A stretch of 64,000 bases of DNA from Polymyxa betae A26-41. Taxonomy: Eukaryota > Protista > Endomyxa: Phytomyxea. Where the stretch lies: positions 16,968 to 80,967 of the forward strand of contig RBZT01000594.1 in NCBI GenBank assembly GCA_003693705.1. The letters run 5' to 3'. Below the pieces are notes generated by a model, which saw nothing but the letters and a program-made list of their open reading frames with translations, ran no database searches and was not told the DNA's origin. Positions 25,529-42,063 of this stretch are shown here, piece after piece. The position numbers and the translations under genes are program-made. The first letter of the stretch is position 1. Each line of letters begins with the position of its first letter.

Positions 25529-26707
25529 TTAGCGGAGGACTATCTTCTTTAAAATTGATGAACAATCTAATGTTTCGTAGGACTTTGGAGAGTTTTGGAA
25601 GCTTGCTTGGATCGCCGACAGCACCTACTAAAGTTGAGAAACTACAAAGCAGATGCTAGAAGTGAAACGTACAATGGAAGAAGCAACCGAAGAATGACAG
25701 AGCCAAGAACAACCACGATCGCTGCGACAGTTTCAACGGTGATATACTTCTCGAGCTGATATTCGGAGAGCTTTGGATGCTCTGAAAACAAAACGTTAGT
25801 GAATTTGCAAAGAAATCCATGCCTTGTGATTACGCTGAATAAGCCCATGAAGCCTAGAAATATGTTGATCCAGAGTCGGGCGCCACTTTTGATGGGTCTC
25901 ATGAGCCCAGGCCATGATTTTTTCGCTTGTCTTGATGGCAACAGGAACAGCATACTGGAAATACTGATCATAGAGATAATTCCATTGATTGATCATCCAA
26001 GCACTCTTGGTTTTAGCGAAATCGGAAAATTTCATAGCATTGTAGCTAGCAGCATCAACAAACGTGGCAGTGTTGCCCATCATCGAATACCATTTGCCAC
26101 TAAGGTGATCATGCCATACTTTCCACTGAGCGGAATATGATTGCTCCTTTAGTGAGTCTATGAGATGTGGTGTCAGGTGAAACTTTGCGAATGAGCAAAT
26201 CTTGATACCAAGCTTCTCTTTCAATGATACATTTTCGGCTTGTAAAAGGCGGATCTTCTCGTTCGTCTTGTCAAGTTTGTCTTTCGTCGCCGTTAGCTCA
26301 GTCTGGATCTTGTTAAGCTGTTTACGGATGCTATCGGATTCGGAGCCTAAAGAAAATGATGGACGGCGACGTTTTATAATCGGGTTGTGTTACCTTTTGA
26401 GAATGACTCGACCGACTTTTTCAACTTGCTAACTTCTTGGAGGATCTTCGACTCGACCGATTCTACAACCTCGCTCTGCTTGCTATGAATCTACATCCGA
26501 ATAAAAAACAACATCGAAGCAAGAATGCGAGTTTAATCCAACCCGTTGTTCAAGCGCCAACAGATCATTAGCAACCTGGGATTTGAGCGCATCGAAGTGT
26601 TGGACTCCGGCTGATTCCGCATCGGCACCAGACAAGGTAGCGACGACAACAACTGCCAGGGCCAGTAAAGGAACTGCCCGAATCTCCATGATTGGTCGGG
26701 ATGCCAT
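25529..26707 (-). CDS. Hypothetical membrane protein: signal peptide, coiled coil, C-terminal TM (spliced)
   Basis: Hydrophobic leader AVPLLALAVVVVATLSGADA; TM TVAAIVVVLGSVILRLLLPL; short GT-AG introns. Confidence 0.55.
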
Positions 26708-27107
26708 GCGATTGCTGACACCGACGAACAAGATTATGTCTTAGAATGGCGGAGAGCGCAACCTTGATGCAGGGTTCCGCTCTGACTGCTCTGTGAGAGC
26801 ACTTCTTTTATGCAGACGTTATAATCGCCTTTGTCGACGAATAATCACTCCCGCCGTTGCATTTCCGTTTGTTCCTACAGTTGTTCAAGCAGATCTGTTG
26901 GGTGTGGGTTTCAGAGACTACAGGCGTGGAAATCATTGTATACATTCCGCAGCGCAAACACATAGTATGAAACTGATCTATCAATATTCTACTCGGGGAG
27001 TGATGAATTCTTTACAATAGTAAAACTTCTGTCAATTTAGATAAGGGAATAGGTTAATGGCACAAATTAATACATAGATATAGAAGCAGATAGGTGTCAA
27101 ACTGTCT

Positions 27108-27632
27108 TCATCGAGAGGTTGCGCATGATCTGAAAGGCATCAGACCGGACGGGACCATCCCTGATTGGTGGCAGTATGGAGAGTATGGCATTTGTGGACA
27201 GTAGTAGTACGACTCGTACGTGTGAGGTACAATCGGTATCGTCCACACGACTTGTGGGCGTGGTTCTTGTTGTTGAACAAGTCTCACTGGCTTTGGGACG
27301 ACGATCTCTGCGGGTTGTGGGATGGTAATGGAAAGCTCTGGTTTGGGCCTCTCAGTCATATGGACGACGTTATGCCTCTTGACGTTGCATTTCTGGTTGA
27401 ACGTCTTGCCACATATGGTACAGGAGTATCGTCGATCGACGGTATGAACAGTCCTTTGGTGGCGCTTCAGGTTGGACTCAACAGAGAACTTGCGATCACA
27501 CTGATCACACTGAAATGGCTTCTCCTGGGTATGCGATCGAAGATGGATCGCGAGCTTGGAGCTGGCTTCGAACTCCTTGCTGCAGTAGGTACAGCTCAGG
27601 GACTTCGAAGAGGTGCTTTTAGAAGATGTCAT
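27108..27632 (-). CDS. C2H2 zinc-finger transcription factor (3 fingers)
   Basis: CTYC...HLRSH-TQEKPF, CDQC...HQRTVH, CTIC...HNVVH. Confidence 0.9.
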   Translation of the reverse strand: MTSSKSTSSKSLSCTYCSKEFEASSKLAIHLRSHTQEKPFQCDQCDRKFSVESNLKRHQRTVHTVDRRYSCTICGKTFNQKCNVKRHNVVHMTERPKPELSITIPQPAEIVVPKPVRLVQQQEPRPQVVWTIPIVPHTYESYYYCPQMPYSPYCHQSGMVPSGLMPFRSCATSR

Positions 27633-28005
27633 TGTAAATGCGGACCTTGACTGCGGAAGAGGCCGCTCCTTCCATCTCCGCTATTTCTGTCGAAATGACC
27701 CAGTGGCATGAATTCTATTAATAGTGGACAATGACCAATACGTTGAGGAGAGCTCTAATAATCAAAAACTGCGTAACTCGTCTTCCGAAAGTCCGAAGTG
27801 TCATCATCGCTCTTCGTGGCCGGAACTCCCAAGTGCAATCATCACCGACCCCAAGCTTAGACTGCAGTTAAGTTAGGAGCAGTATGACGCCGAACACCTT
27901 GCCGAATAAAGTCAAAATCTATGTCTATGTCTATCTTGATTGAGAACTGTGAATGCATTAGAATTATTAAGCAATGTAATGATTAACCATGTGTATAAGC
28001 TATCA

Positions 28006-29895
28006 TTACGACCGAGGTGTCATTCGTTCGATGCAGTCTTGTAAATTTATGATCCACTCTTTTAAGCTCTCAGGATCTTCGGCCTTGAAGCGATATAAGT
28101 CTGGTACTGCGGATACTCTCAGGAAGGAGCTGCAAGGAATAGCCAATTCAAAGCAGTTGGGCTGCTCCTGGTCCTCAATAGCTCGCACGATAGCGTTTTT
28201 CAAAAACAATCGTATCGCTGGCAATGGATCCTAAAAAAAAAGTAAAATAATGTATATCGCAATGACTATGCTAATCTGATTACCTCTCTTTTGTCGAAAA
28301 ACAGCAGGAACCCTGACAGTGTTATGACTGCTTGCCCAAGCTTATAGTTGGACCTAAACTGAGGACGATTTTTTAATTATAGAACTCGTATTTTTGACCA
28401 TGTTACCAATTTTCCTGGACGTTGCAGGATGCCTTTATGCTGAACATGGGATCGCAACCGTTCCACAATCAGCGAATCCACTGCATTTACTATTAGAGCG
28501 AAAATGTGCAGGAAAAGTAAATAAAAGATCACCTTCTGTATTCGGCAAACGATCGTAGATCGTTTTGCCCGACTCGTCAGGGGACAATTCTTTTGCTGTT
28601 TGTAGAAAGGTTTGCACATCCATCTCCCGATCTATAGACTTCACAGCGATTAGGGATTCGTCCAGAAGGCGAACCGTATTGATAAGAATATTCTTCTCCC
28701 TAATTGAATTCAGTTCAGTATTATTGCCGGGTATATAGGAACCGAAGCAAAATTACGCGAGCAAATGGTCCAGCAAAATCTCTTTCAAACCACTTATTCT
28801 TCGTCCATCATGAAGACGAACTTCATCGAAAATTTTCTTCATAGCACGGCTGAACTCAAGTCAGATAGTTACCGGGAGCCAGCGAAAATCAACCTGAAAT
28901 TAGCCTGGCCTCCTCTATACATTGCTAAGTCGTGCAAGAATCTGTCAATTTGTCAAAAACAAAATCGAAAATTATGTGATAATACAACCTTCGAGCTAAT
29001 AGATATGGGTCTTTTTCTTTTGGCACAATTTTATCTTCGGATTCGTATAGCAAACTCTCCCTCATGGCTTGCTCATAGTTATTCCAAGCGTTCAACATTG
29101 CTTGGCGCTCGTTAATAATCTATGAGAAGCTTAGGTGAACCTTTTTCAGATTCGGATAATAATACAGCTTCTTTATGCTTATCCGCTGCTGATCGAAGCT
29201 CATCACTTCGATGTTGCAGTACTCTAGCTAGATCTTTAGCTTTTTTGACAGTCTCATCGAAAACTATCGCAGAATTGAACAGTTGCAGCACCATGCATAA
29301 AAAACAAACCTTTCGACTGAGACTCAGCAAATTGAGTTTGCCCACTTTTGGTCAACTGTTCAAGGCAAATCGTTGCTTGTCTAAGACTTCCGATCTCTCC
29401 CTCACTAAGAGACCAGATTTATTTGCAAGCATCAACCAGATGGAGCACCGATTTACCCGAAGGAGACATCATGAACATCCTGTGAAAACAGCCCACCCAG
29501 TCTTTTACAACGAATCGTGAGATAGTTTGCCAGTTGGCTTGATGTTTTCTTGGAGTTTAGTAAACGTGCATTAATAGCATTAAACGCCTGAATTTGACTG
29601 ATGAAAAGCGTCTCAGAATTGGCATTTCTAGAAAAACCACTGATACCTTAACCAAAGCTTTTCATCAGCAAGCTTTGTAGACTCAAACGTTAGCGTTTGG
29701 GCAGTCAACAATTCTTTCTTAGCCAGCAGCTCACTCTGTGGCTGAGGCCTTGCACGCCCATGACTCCCTGAACTTGCTGGGTTTGAGTCTCCGATCCCAG
29801 ACGTTGAGCTGGCATCAAGATTTAATTCTTCGATTCCCACAGTAACAGGTTCTTTGGCTTTTGATTCTTCCTCCAATTCGTCGACGACTTTGTCA
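28006..29895 (-). CDS. Helical (BAR/F-BAR-like) plus C-terminal PH-domain protein, Slm1-like architecture (spliced)
   Basis: PH features HKGILQRPGKLVTWS and YRFKAEDPESLKEWIINL. The helical region contains KEKDPYLLARR, reminiscent of the Slm1-type DPYLL motif. Confidence 0.6.
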
Positions 29896-30249
29896 TGAGC
29901 CAGTGCATCACTCATTATTAGTGATGACGAAGAGTAGAGAAGTGAAAGATGACAGCCACAGTGTGGTAATGTCAGATAGAGGCCAAGCCCATCTTCTGCT
30001 TAGTTCGTGTTTTGTAGAGTTCAATTCCAACGAGACGTTCGCGGTTCAAATCGTAAAAACCACTTTGTGACAACAGATTTCGACAAATCTAGTCGGAGAT
30101 TGCCATGCGCTGGTATTTCTAAAGTTAGAACGGCGTTCCGTTCCTGGCATCGTTTCTCTGAATGTTAGAACATTCGGTGACTGGCGACCGATATTTGCGC
30201 TTAAAATCGATGAACAGCTTTATCCAAGGTTCTCATTTTTATAACAACA

Positions 30250-30459
30250 ATGCCAAAGACTTCAGCGACGAAGCGTGCTCCATTGGGTGAACTAGCCCCA
30301 GGCCAGATAAACCGCGGCTCAAGGTCCCAAGCTAAGATTAGGAAGAAGAAGTCTACCAGGAAAGCATCATCAGTCCCGGTCACGATTCGTAAGCCAAGCG
30401 GTCGTGTTGTAGGTTTGGGTGCAACAAAACATGCCAAGCATATGCCTGTGAAGAAGTAA
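30250..30459 (+). CDS. Small basic ORF with D-box-like RAPLGEL; may be a real microprotein
   Basis: 69-aa K/R-rich ORF with an A-rich ATG context (acaacaATG); no recognised homology. Confidence 0.35.
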   Translation: MPKTSATKRAPLGELAPGQINRGSRSQAKIRKKKSTRKASSVPVTIRKPSGRVVGLGATKHAKHMPVKK

Positions 30460-30599
30460 TATCTCCCTGTTCAGAAGCTAAAGATCCAAATAATATCTGA
30501 TCCAGAGCTCAAGGTAATAAAGTTAGTTCTAACGGTGATTGTGTTTCTATGCCAATCAGGAGCAGTTAGGTACAATAATAATCCTCCAGAGTAGTTTAG

Positions 30600-32428
<1,829 letters not shown>

Positions 32429-32864
32429 CGACGAAGAATTTTGCAAGAGAAACAAGATCTCACAACGAGATACGGGAGGCGCACGCCCAAATTTCAAAAG
32501 TGAAAGGCGAATATCTCAGAGTTGCGCCAATTGTTGAGGGCGATTTCACATTTCCAGCCCAGCGAAGCCAGTGAACTGATGTCGTACGCCGGCCCCCCGA
32601 TCAATCGTCATTATCCCGGTGTTTGTTACACTCCGAGAAGGCCAGACGCGCAATTAAGGTCCGACGCCGGTTCTGGCCCCGGGGGAGACGGGCGCCGTTT
32701 ACGGCACCCTTCATCAGTTCGGTGATTATAGCGACGACAGTGAGAAGTACATGATGACTGAGAGGCGAGTCCACGCACCCAGCTCCTCCCATATCATCAT
32801 CTGCTATCTTTGGCGGATCACGTAAGCGCGGCCTTTTCCGTCATCACGTGGGTTGCTTCCCTCT

Positions 32865-33344
32865 ATGGATCAGGTCGAGCCCGAGTCTGACAATGACGAG
32901 GGTCCCAAACCGAATACGACCGGTGCCCGCCAGAAGGGCGTCGCTCTGAAACAGTACCGATGCGCTGTCTGTGATCGAGAATTTGCACGCCGTGACAAAC
33001 TCGAACGGCATAGTCGAGTGCACAGCGGTGAGAAGCCGTTTCTGTGTTTTGAATGCGGAAGGGCGTTTGCTCGTCGCGATAAGTTGATTCGACATCGTAA
33101 GGAGGTGCATACTGGTGAAAGGCCTGTACGTTGATGGTCGATGTCGAAAACCTGCCTTTATTTACTTATTGTTTAGTTCCGCTGCGAACTGTGTGCCAGA
33201 ACGTTCGCCCGGCGAGACACGCTGAAAACACACAGGCGTATTCACACTGATCGGGATATAACAAGGCCTGGTGTCGCTGATCTACAGCATTCATCATGGG
33301 TATCATTGCTCGATACGCAGGCGAACGGCGTGAGAAGGGACTAG
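32865..33344 (+). CDS. C2H2 zinc-finger protein (3 fingers, 1 intron)
   Basis: CAVC..FARRDKLERHSRVHSGEKPF, CFEC..HRKEVHTGERP, then after the intron FRCELC..HRRIH. Confidence 0.88.
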
Positions 33345-33439
33345 TAAGATTTATTGTATGAATATATTTATGTGAGGATCATGCAAATTCGAAGCCTGCT
33401 CTGCAGATTGTAGCGAAAGCACGAATTGACTTTAACGCT

Positions 33440-34306
33440 TCAGATCCAGTTGTTCGTCCATAGCAGGAATATTATGCCTACTGTGGCCACAGTCAACAGC
33501 ACGAGGTAGAGGTAGCACTTCCTTCTCCTTGCCTGTCGCGAATATATCACCGCCTTGTCGACGTTAACGCGACCAGCTTCGGCACGTTCTGCAGCCATGA
33601 CAACATTCTCTTCGATGATATTCAAGTCTTCCTGTTGCTCGTCGACGAGCAGCTTCAAATCAACGAATAATTCTTGAATATCGCGGATTCCGTCATGGAT
33701 GGCTTGCATTCCCTGCCGTTGCCTTTCCATATCTTCTACCGTCAATAGCAGCTGGCTATTTCGTTCCAGCGCCGACTGGAATGCATCGGTTTTCTTACCG
33801 TTCAAAACCTGCTGCATTTGGGTCTCGCTAATGCCGGCGTTGATTATACGAGCCTGTCTCTCTACTTGCTGTTTGAGAACGTCGCGGAAATGCTCAGAAA
33901 CATGTCCGAACTCGATCATCGCTTCTCGAAATCTCGTCTGATTCGTTCGAAATTTGTTCCTCTTAATTTGAGCCACTGTTGGTCCAGGATTGGAATTCGC
34001 TTCCAATGCGGTTATTTTTGCCTCTTCTTTGTCCAGCCATGTTTTCATTTTCAACGCGGCCGTTCTCGTTTTTGCCATAATGGTATCCAGCTGTCTTGAA
34101 GTCTGGGCGCTTGAGGCTTGGCCTGCGCGCTGTTCTAAAACCTGAATAGCTTTCGTATTGCGGTAGATCAGATCGATTCCGCGCTGGAAAGCATCAGCAT
34201 TGTCGCCAACCTCCGGGACATTTTTCAGTCGATCGCGATCGATGTCCAGAGTGGCGGATCCGCGAAGACTCTCGAGACGATCACGAACAGAGTCATCAGG
34301 GTGCAT
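33440..34306 (-). CDS. Syntaxin (Qa-SNARE, plasma-membrane syntaxin-like), intronless
   Basis: Habc helices, SNARE motif IQELFVDLKLLVDEQQEDLNIIEENV, basic RRRK, C-terminal TM. Confidence 0.9.
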   Translation of the reverse strand: MHPDDSVRDRLESLRGSATLDIDRDRLKNVPEVGDNADAFQRGIDLIYRNTKAIQVLEQRAGQASSAQTSRQLDTIMAKTRTAALKMKTWLDKEEAKITALEANSNPGPTVAQIKRNKFRTNQTRFREAMIEFGHVSEHFRDVLKQQVERQARIINAGISETQMQQVLNGKKTDAFQSALERNSQLLLTVEDMERQRQGMQAIHDGIRDIQELFVDLKLLVDEQQEDLNIIEENVVMAAERAEAGRVNVDKAVIYSRQARRRKCYLYLVLLTVATVGIIFLLWTNNWI

Positions 34307-35267
34307 GATCTTGAAAACTGCTTACCGACTATGTCGCATAACAAAATGAGTCAAGCAGCATTTTTTGAGCAATGACTCATTGGATTATCTCAGTCATTCT
34401 ACATTGAGAGGCTTGCAACGTCTGAAGTTCTTCTGTGCTCTCTGGACTGCTTACATGTGATGTTTCCTATATGTCTTAGCATGTCTTCCGAAAGCTCTTC
34501 CTGCTGATGCTTGGATGCGTTTGATGGGATTTGCAAACTCTGCTGTAAAGGCTCGTGACGAGGGCCTGCTCTTGGATTGTTGTGCATTAGAATTTGTACC
34601 CAGAACATTATGTATGGTGGAATCGTCAGTCGTCCACCGTCGTTTCAGCCGGCTATTATGCGAATAGCAGCACATTCTCATAACAATCGATTGACATTCC
34701 ATTCATGCAGATTCATTCACAAATACAGACTTTGCAGCAATTAAGGTATCACGCATTCCATATCTGTTTGAAAGTCGAACGAAGCGCGGCTTCAGACGAA
34801 TTTAGCAAAATCGTGGCTTCAAAACGTGAAGCGCCTTCATATAAGCTTCACTTATTATGCGTGCTGTTCTATTCGTTTTTTTATTGCTGCAAGAATACTT
34901 CGCGTTGAGTTTTCTGTGGAGACGCAGAAAAGCATCAGCTCAAAACTGCACGTTTAACATTCTAATATCTAAGCCGATAAATCAATTTTTTGAAACGTCA
35001 GCTTAGATTGCAGCGACGGGAGATAACCTGGGGTTGCCGCACATTAGCGACATTTTAAAAAGGAACTTCTGTTGCGCATACTGTATTCTAACGGATTTTT
35101 CTGTGAAAAGAATCTGCGCGTGAATCTGCGCGAGATTTTGCGAGATAATCTGCGTGAGCTTATGATAGCATGGACCATGTTCATGGTATAATGGGATGCC
35201 TCATCTCCCTGGGCCTCCTGAAGCCGGGGTCCGTGTCGGCAGACGATAGTCGTCATTACGCAAATCG

Positions 35268-38200
35268 ATGGGGCGCCGTCGTCGCTATCGTTCCAGGGAG
35301 ACGTTGGACCAGCTGGAACTCGAGCAGCTGATTGAGTCGCGTAAAGCGGCATATTTAGACAAAAAGCTCGGCAAGGAGCACGTCGAGCAGATCGAAGCTA
35401 GTAATGGACTGAAGGCTGCCGAGCGCGAAGTTAAGCTCGAATGTGCTGCCATCTTACGAAACATTCCGAAGAGCATGGCAGCCTCGGAGCTGGTTCAGAC
35501 TTTAAGCCAGCGAGCTGGCTTTCAGGATGAAATCATCAAGTGTAATATTCTGACTGAGAGCGGCAGCCATCATCGCTCCAACGGCAGCGCCCTAATCGTA
35601 TTCAAAACCCCGACCGATTTTCAAAAGATTGCCGATTTATGCAAGCGAGGGTTTCGTATCCAAGGGCTTGAGGTTTCAATCAAGGAGAAGGCAAATTGGC
35701 AAAGAGGCGGTTCTCGTGGGGATTGCTCGAAAGTTTTCGCGGTCATCACAATGCATTTGTGTGCTGGTGATCGAGATCTGCAATCGTTGGAGCCTTCGGT
35801 TGTTCGTTGGTCCTGCTCTAGGGATGTATCATTGCAGGTAAAATATCAGGCTCTTGGTGTCTTTGAATGTTTAAGATTTTACAGATTAATCCTCGTAGCG
35901 TTCGCCAAATAGCTATTGAATTCAATAGCCAGTTTCGCATTGAATTTCCTCTAAAAAGCATTCGTCAATCGCGACTTCTGCAAAATGCAGAAGGTAGAGA
36001 AGTCTATCGATTTCGATTGGGAGGTCCTCCACACGTTTTCGTCCGAGAATCAACCGATTCGCGTCATGCTTCTGGTATGCTTGCTAATATTCTTAGAGGC
36101 ATGAAATCCGATAAGCGGGTCTGGGAGCTTGGCGGAGGCAATTCACGCGATCACAAATGGGAGCGTACAATTGATCCTAGCGGGTTTTCAGCCTTTGGGC
36201 ACTGTCTGGTTTATGAGCTCATTCTTGGACAATCTCCTTTCAACTTGAAGGAAGTGCTGTCGCAATTCTCGATTACACCACCGGTTGTTCCTGGTGCCGT
36301 TCCAGATCCCATTGAGACCGAAGCCTTCCTAAGTGATGGCAACTGGAGCGGTGGCTATGATCATGTTTTCGAGTCGCTTCCTTTCCCAATTCAGTATATG
36401 CTTCACGCCTGTATTGCTAGTCATAAGCTTTGCCTACGAAATCGGCAAGCTGCTCAAACGCTGTATGATGCTCTCACAAATCCGGATCTTCATCCGGAAA
36501 AAGCTGTGGAGGAGCTTGAGAATTGGTATTTCGACGGGTATCCGACCAAATTTCACGAGTTGCTTGATCATCTTTCGGCAGCTGTTGAACCCGATGCCCA
36601 GCCAGAGCTTCTTGACAAAGACCCTCGCCGTAGTGCCTTAACGCGCCGAGTGCTAATTACGCCTCTCAGGATCTGCCCCCTTCCACTTGATGTTGATTCA
36701 AGTAACCGGGTTCTGCGATCCTTTTGGCGATACCGCGACCGCTTCTTGCGTGTTAACTTCTGTGATGAGGACTTCGGCAACGTCATGCAAGTCGTGCGGT
36801 CGCCAGATGTCATGGAGCGTCGCATTCGGCACTTCGTTAGTGACGGAATTGTGATTGGCGGAAGGAAATTCGTTTTCCTGGCTTATTCGAACAGTCAGCT
36901 CCGAGAGCAGTCATGCTGGATGTATGATGAAGATTATCGCGATGATGACGATGATGATGATTTCCCGTCTGCTGCCGAGATCCGAGAGTCGATTGGCGAT
37001 TTGTCTCACATTTCGGTGGTTGGAAAGCATGCTGCCCGATTAGCGCAAGCATTCTCGTCTACCATTGCTGGTGTGAGAATGTTGGATTGGCAGTATCGAA
37101 TGGTTGACGATGTTGAGCGGAATGGCTTCTGCTTCTCCGACGGATGTGGTGTTCTTTCATCTACTCTTGCTGAAAAGATTGCTGCTGAGCTTCGTCTTAC
37201 CAACGTTCCCAGTGCATTTCAAATTCGATTCGCTGGCAGCAAAGGCATCGTTGGCGTCCGTCCTTACGGTGCTATCAACATTCCAGATGTGGACTTGGTT
37301 CTTCGTAAAAGCATGACGAAATTTGTCGCTAATGAAGCGCATCGCGACTTGGAGATCTGCAACTATTCCAAGATTATGCCATGCTATCTCAACCGGCAAA
37401 TCATCAATCTTCTTTCTTGTTTGGGAGTACCTGATCGCTCGTTCCTGGATTTGGCTGATGCTATGCTCAAGTCGATGGATCATGCAATGTCGGATTACGA
37501 TTCGTGCTGCGAAATGGTTCGTGATAACGCCCCGGGATCGATTGCCGACCGCATGCTTGATGCTGGGATCAAGCCTGAGAACGACCGCCATCTGTGGGAG
37601 CTGGTTCACGCTCTTCGTGATCGTCTTCTTATGGATGTTCAAACCAAAGCTCGCATCTTCGTGCATCAGGGCCTCACTCTTTATGGGTTGATGGACGAGA
37701 CCGGCTTGTTGGAGCCAGATGAGGTCTTCTTGCAGCAATCGGATCCGCCCATGATGCTTCCGCCTGGAACTCGCGTAGCTGTGGGACGTTCGCCTTGTCT
37801 TCATCCCGGTGATATTCGAATTCTTCGCACATCTGACTGCCCAGAACTCTCAAATCTGTACGATGTGGTCGTCTTCTCTCAGCAAGGTGAACGTCCTCAG
37901 CCGAACATGATGTCGGGAGGAGATTTAGATGGAGATATTTATTTCATCATCTGGGATGAGACTTTGCTCCCGGCTGAAGAGTATCCTCCTATGGATTATG
38001 CTGCTCCTTCTCAGCAACCTGTCTCCGTCTCTGATCAAGTCGATGTTACCCACATTCAAGACTTCTTTGTGAACTACATGAAGAACGACAATTTAGGTAT
38101 CACTAAGAATCGATATTTTTTCAGTTCCATGAATTAAGTTTCTTCAGGTCGAATTGCTAATGCTCATGTTGTCTTCGCCGATCGTGCTGAAGAAGGCGCC

Positions 38201-38878
38201 AAGTCCGCTGAATGCCTAATGTTAGCAGAGCTTCACTCAATTGCTGTCGATTTCGGCAAATCAGGTGTCCCAGCATTGTTACCGAAAGAACTATATCCGC
38301 ATGCTTATCCCGATTTTATGGAGAAGGACACCAAACCATCTTACGACTCCAAGAAAGTTATCGGGAAAATCTACCGCAAAGCTCGAGGAAGACATTTCAA
38401 GCCGTTCCCTCCCCATGTCAATGGATTCGATCAGCGTTTCCTGGTCCCAGGTTACGAGGAATTTGTGGACAATGCAAAAGGCCTGTTTGTATCCTATAGC
38501 AACTCGCTCTGGGACATTGCTCAGCGATTCGAATGTTACGACGAAGGCGAGCTGGTTAGCGGTTTCGTCCGCTCACTGACAAAGAAACTGGCCAGAACTC
38601 GTGATGTTACTGGAGTCGATTCTGTCCAGCAACTAACGATGCAAGTCGAACACATGGTGGAAGGCTATCGAGAGGAATTCTGGATCGATTTAGACCGAGA
38701 TATTACAAATCCTGAATCATATCAGCGCTCATTGGCCAAAGCATCGGCATGGTATTACGTCGCCTATTCCCAGCCATTCGCCGAAGATTATGACAAACCA
38801 TTCCTAAGTTTCGCCTGGATAGCTGCACCGCAATTGTGTGCTATTGTCCAATCTGCATTAGGCGACCGACAAGAATAA
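35268..38878 (+). CDS. Cellular (RNAi-type) RNA-dependent RNA polymerase with N-terminal RRM-like region; 2 introns
   Basis: SNRVLR, FLRVNF, FLAYSNSQLR, FSDGCG, FQIRFAGSKG, RSPCLHPGD, catalytic SGGDLDGD, AVDFGKSG. Introns ~35838-35884 and ~38097-38147. Confidence 0.95.
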
Positions 38879-39066
38879 AGACTCTCTCAACCCACAAAAC
38901 CTGTGTTGAGTTAACCAACCAGATCCTACGCCTTTAATAAACAGCGAGCAATTATCCATATTTCTTGCAATAACAAATAATCTGATAGGGAGCGGATGGT
39001 CCGGAGAGTCAGCTGGCGCAACATCGACATCACGTCTCTCTTTGTCTGTTTATCACATTAACGGAA

Positions 39067-39545
39067 ATGGCGTCTCCGCTCGGGCGGCTAATCGCCCAGA
39101 TTCTGGTCGTCGGATCCGGGATCGTCTCAAAGGCCTTTATGCAAGCCTATGAACAGGCTCTCGCCAGTGAGATCGTTTGTTGTCTAATCTGCCTGTCCGC
39201 CTCTAACTGCTGCGATAGACGCTAGGAGACAAGGCGGGACTAAAGCAGCTGCTGCCAATCTGTCTCAGGCTTTATCCAGAAAAATCAAGCCAGAAGAAGC
39301 TCGTCTAGTTCTCAATGTTAAAGAGAGCGCTGACAAAGAGGAAATCGAAAAGGTCAAAACGTCACTTGGCGTCACTGCATTTTGTCTCATCGCAATTTTA
39401 GGCATTTAAAGCCTTGTTCGATGCCAACGATGTCAAGAACGGAGGATCCCTCTATCTGCAGTCCAAAGTATACAGGGCTCATGAATGTCTCAGCAGCCTA
39501 ATCCAATCATCAACTGAAGAGACTCTGAAAAAGAAACCAATATAA
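39067..39545 (+). CDS. PAM16: Mitochondrial import motor subunit Pam16/Tim16 (2 introns); absent from the ORF track
   Basis: Spliced: RLIAQILVVGSGIVSKAFMQAYEQALA...EEARLVLNV...LFDANDVKNGGSLYLQSKVYRAHECL. Confidence 0.9.
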
Positions 39546-39754
39546 TACAAAGTTCACATTCCCTTATTAACCCTAACCTCGTTTATTTCAATAATCGATT
39601 GGGCTGGTCGTTCGTTCTTTCCGTTGCAATCGTCTTATCTGATTCTTCCCGGTCTAAAAAAAAATTGCGCTGTTTTGTTTGGCTTGACCGGCTGTGAAAC
39701 GTAAGTCAAGAACGCCGGCAGCCCTTTGTCTCCATTTCTCAAATCGTTCATGAG

Positions 39755-41920
<2,166 letters not shown>

Positions 41921-42063
41921 TTAATGAAGTGTCAATGTACGAGAGATGCCTTTCTTCTGTCAGGTTTTGCATTGGACTTTCGCTTATAATTCAACAGCCG
42001 CCTTCATACGCCAAAAACTTTCTTATTATTAGGGATCGCTATAGCTGCAATCTCTTGTTCTGA

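Noticed and set aside
35268-38878. Endogenous RNA virus polymerase
   Set aside because: The DLDGD double-psi-barrel motif set and spliceosomal introns identify a cellular RdRP, not a viral GDD enzyme.
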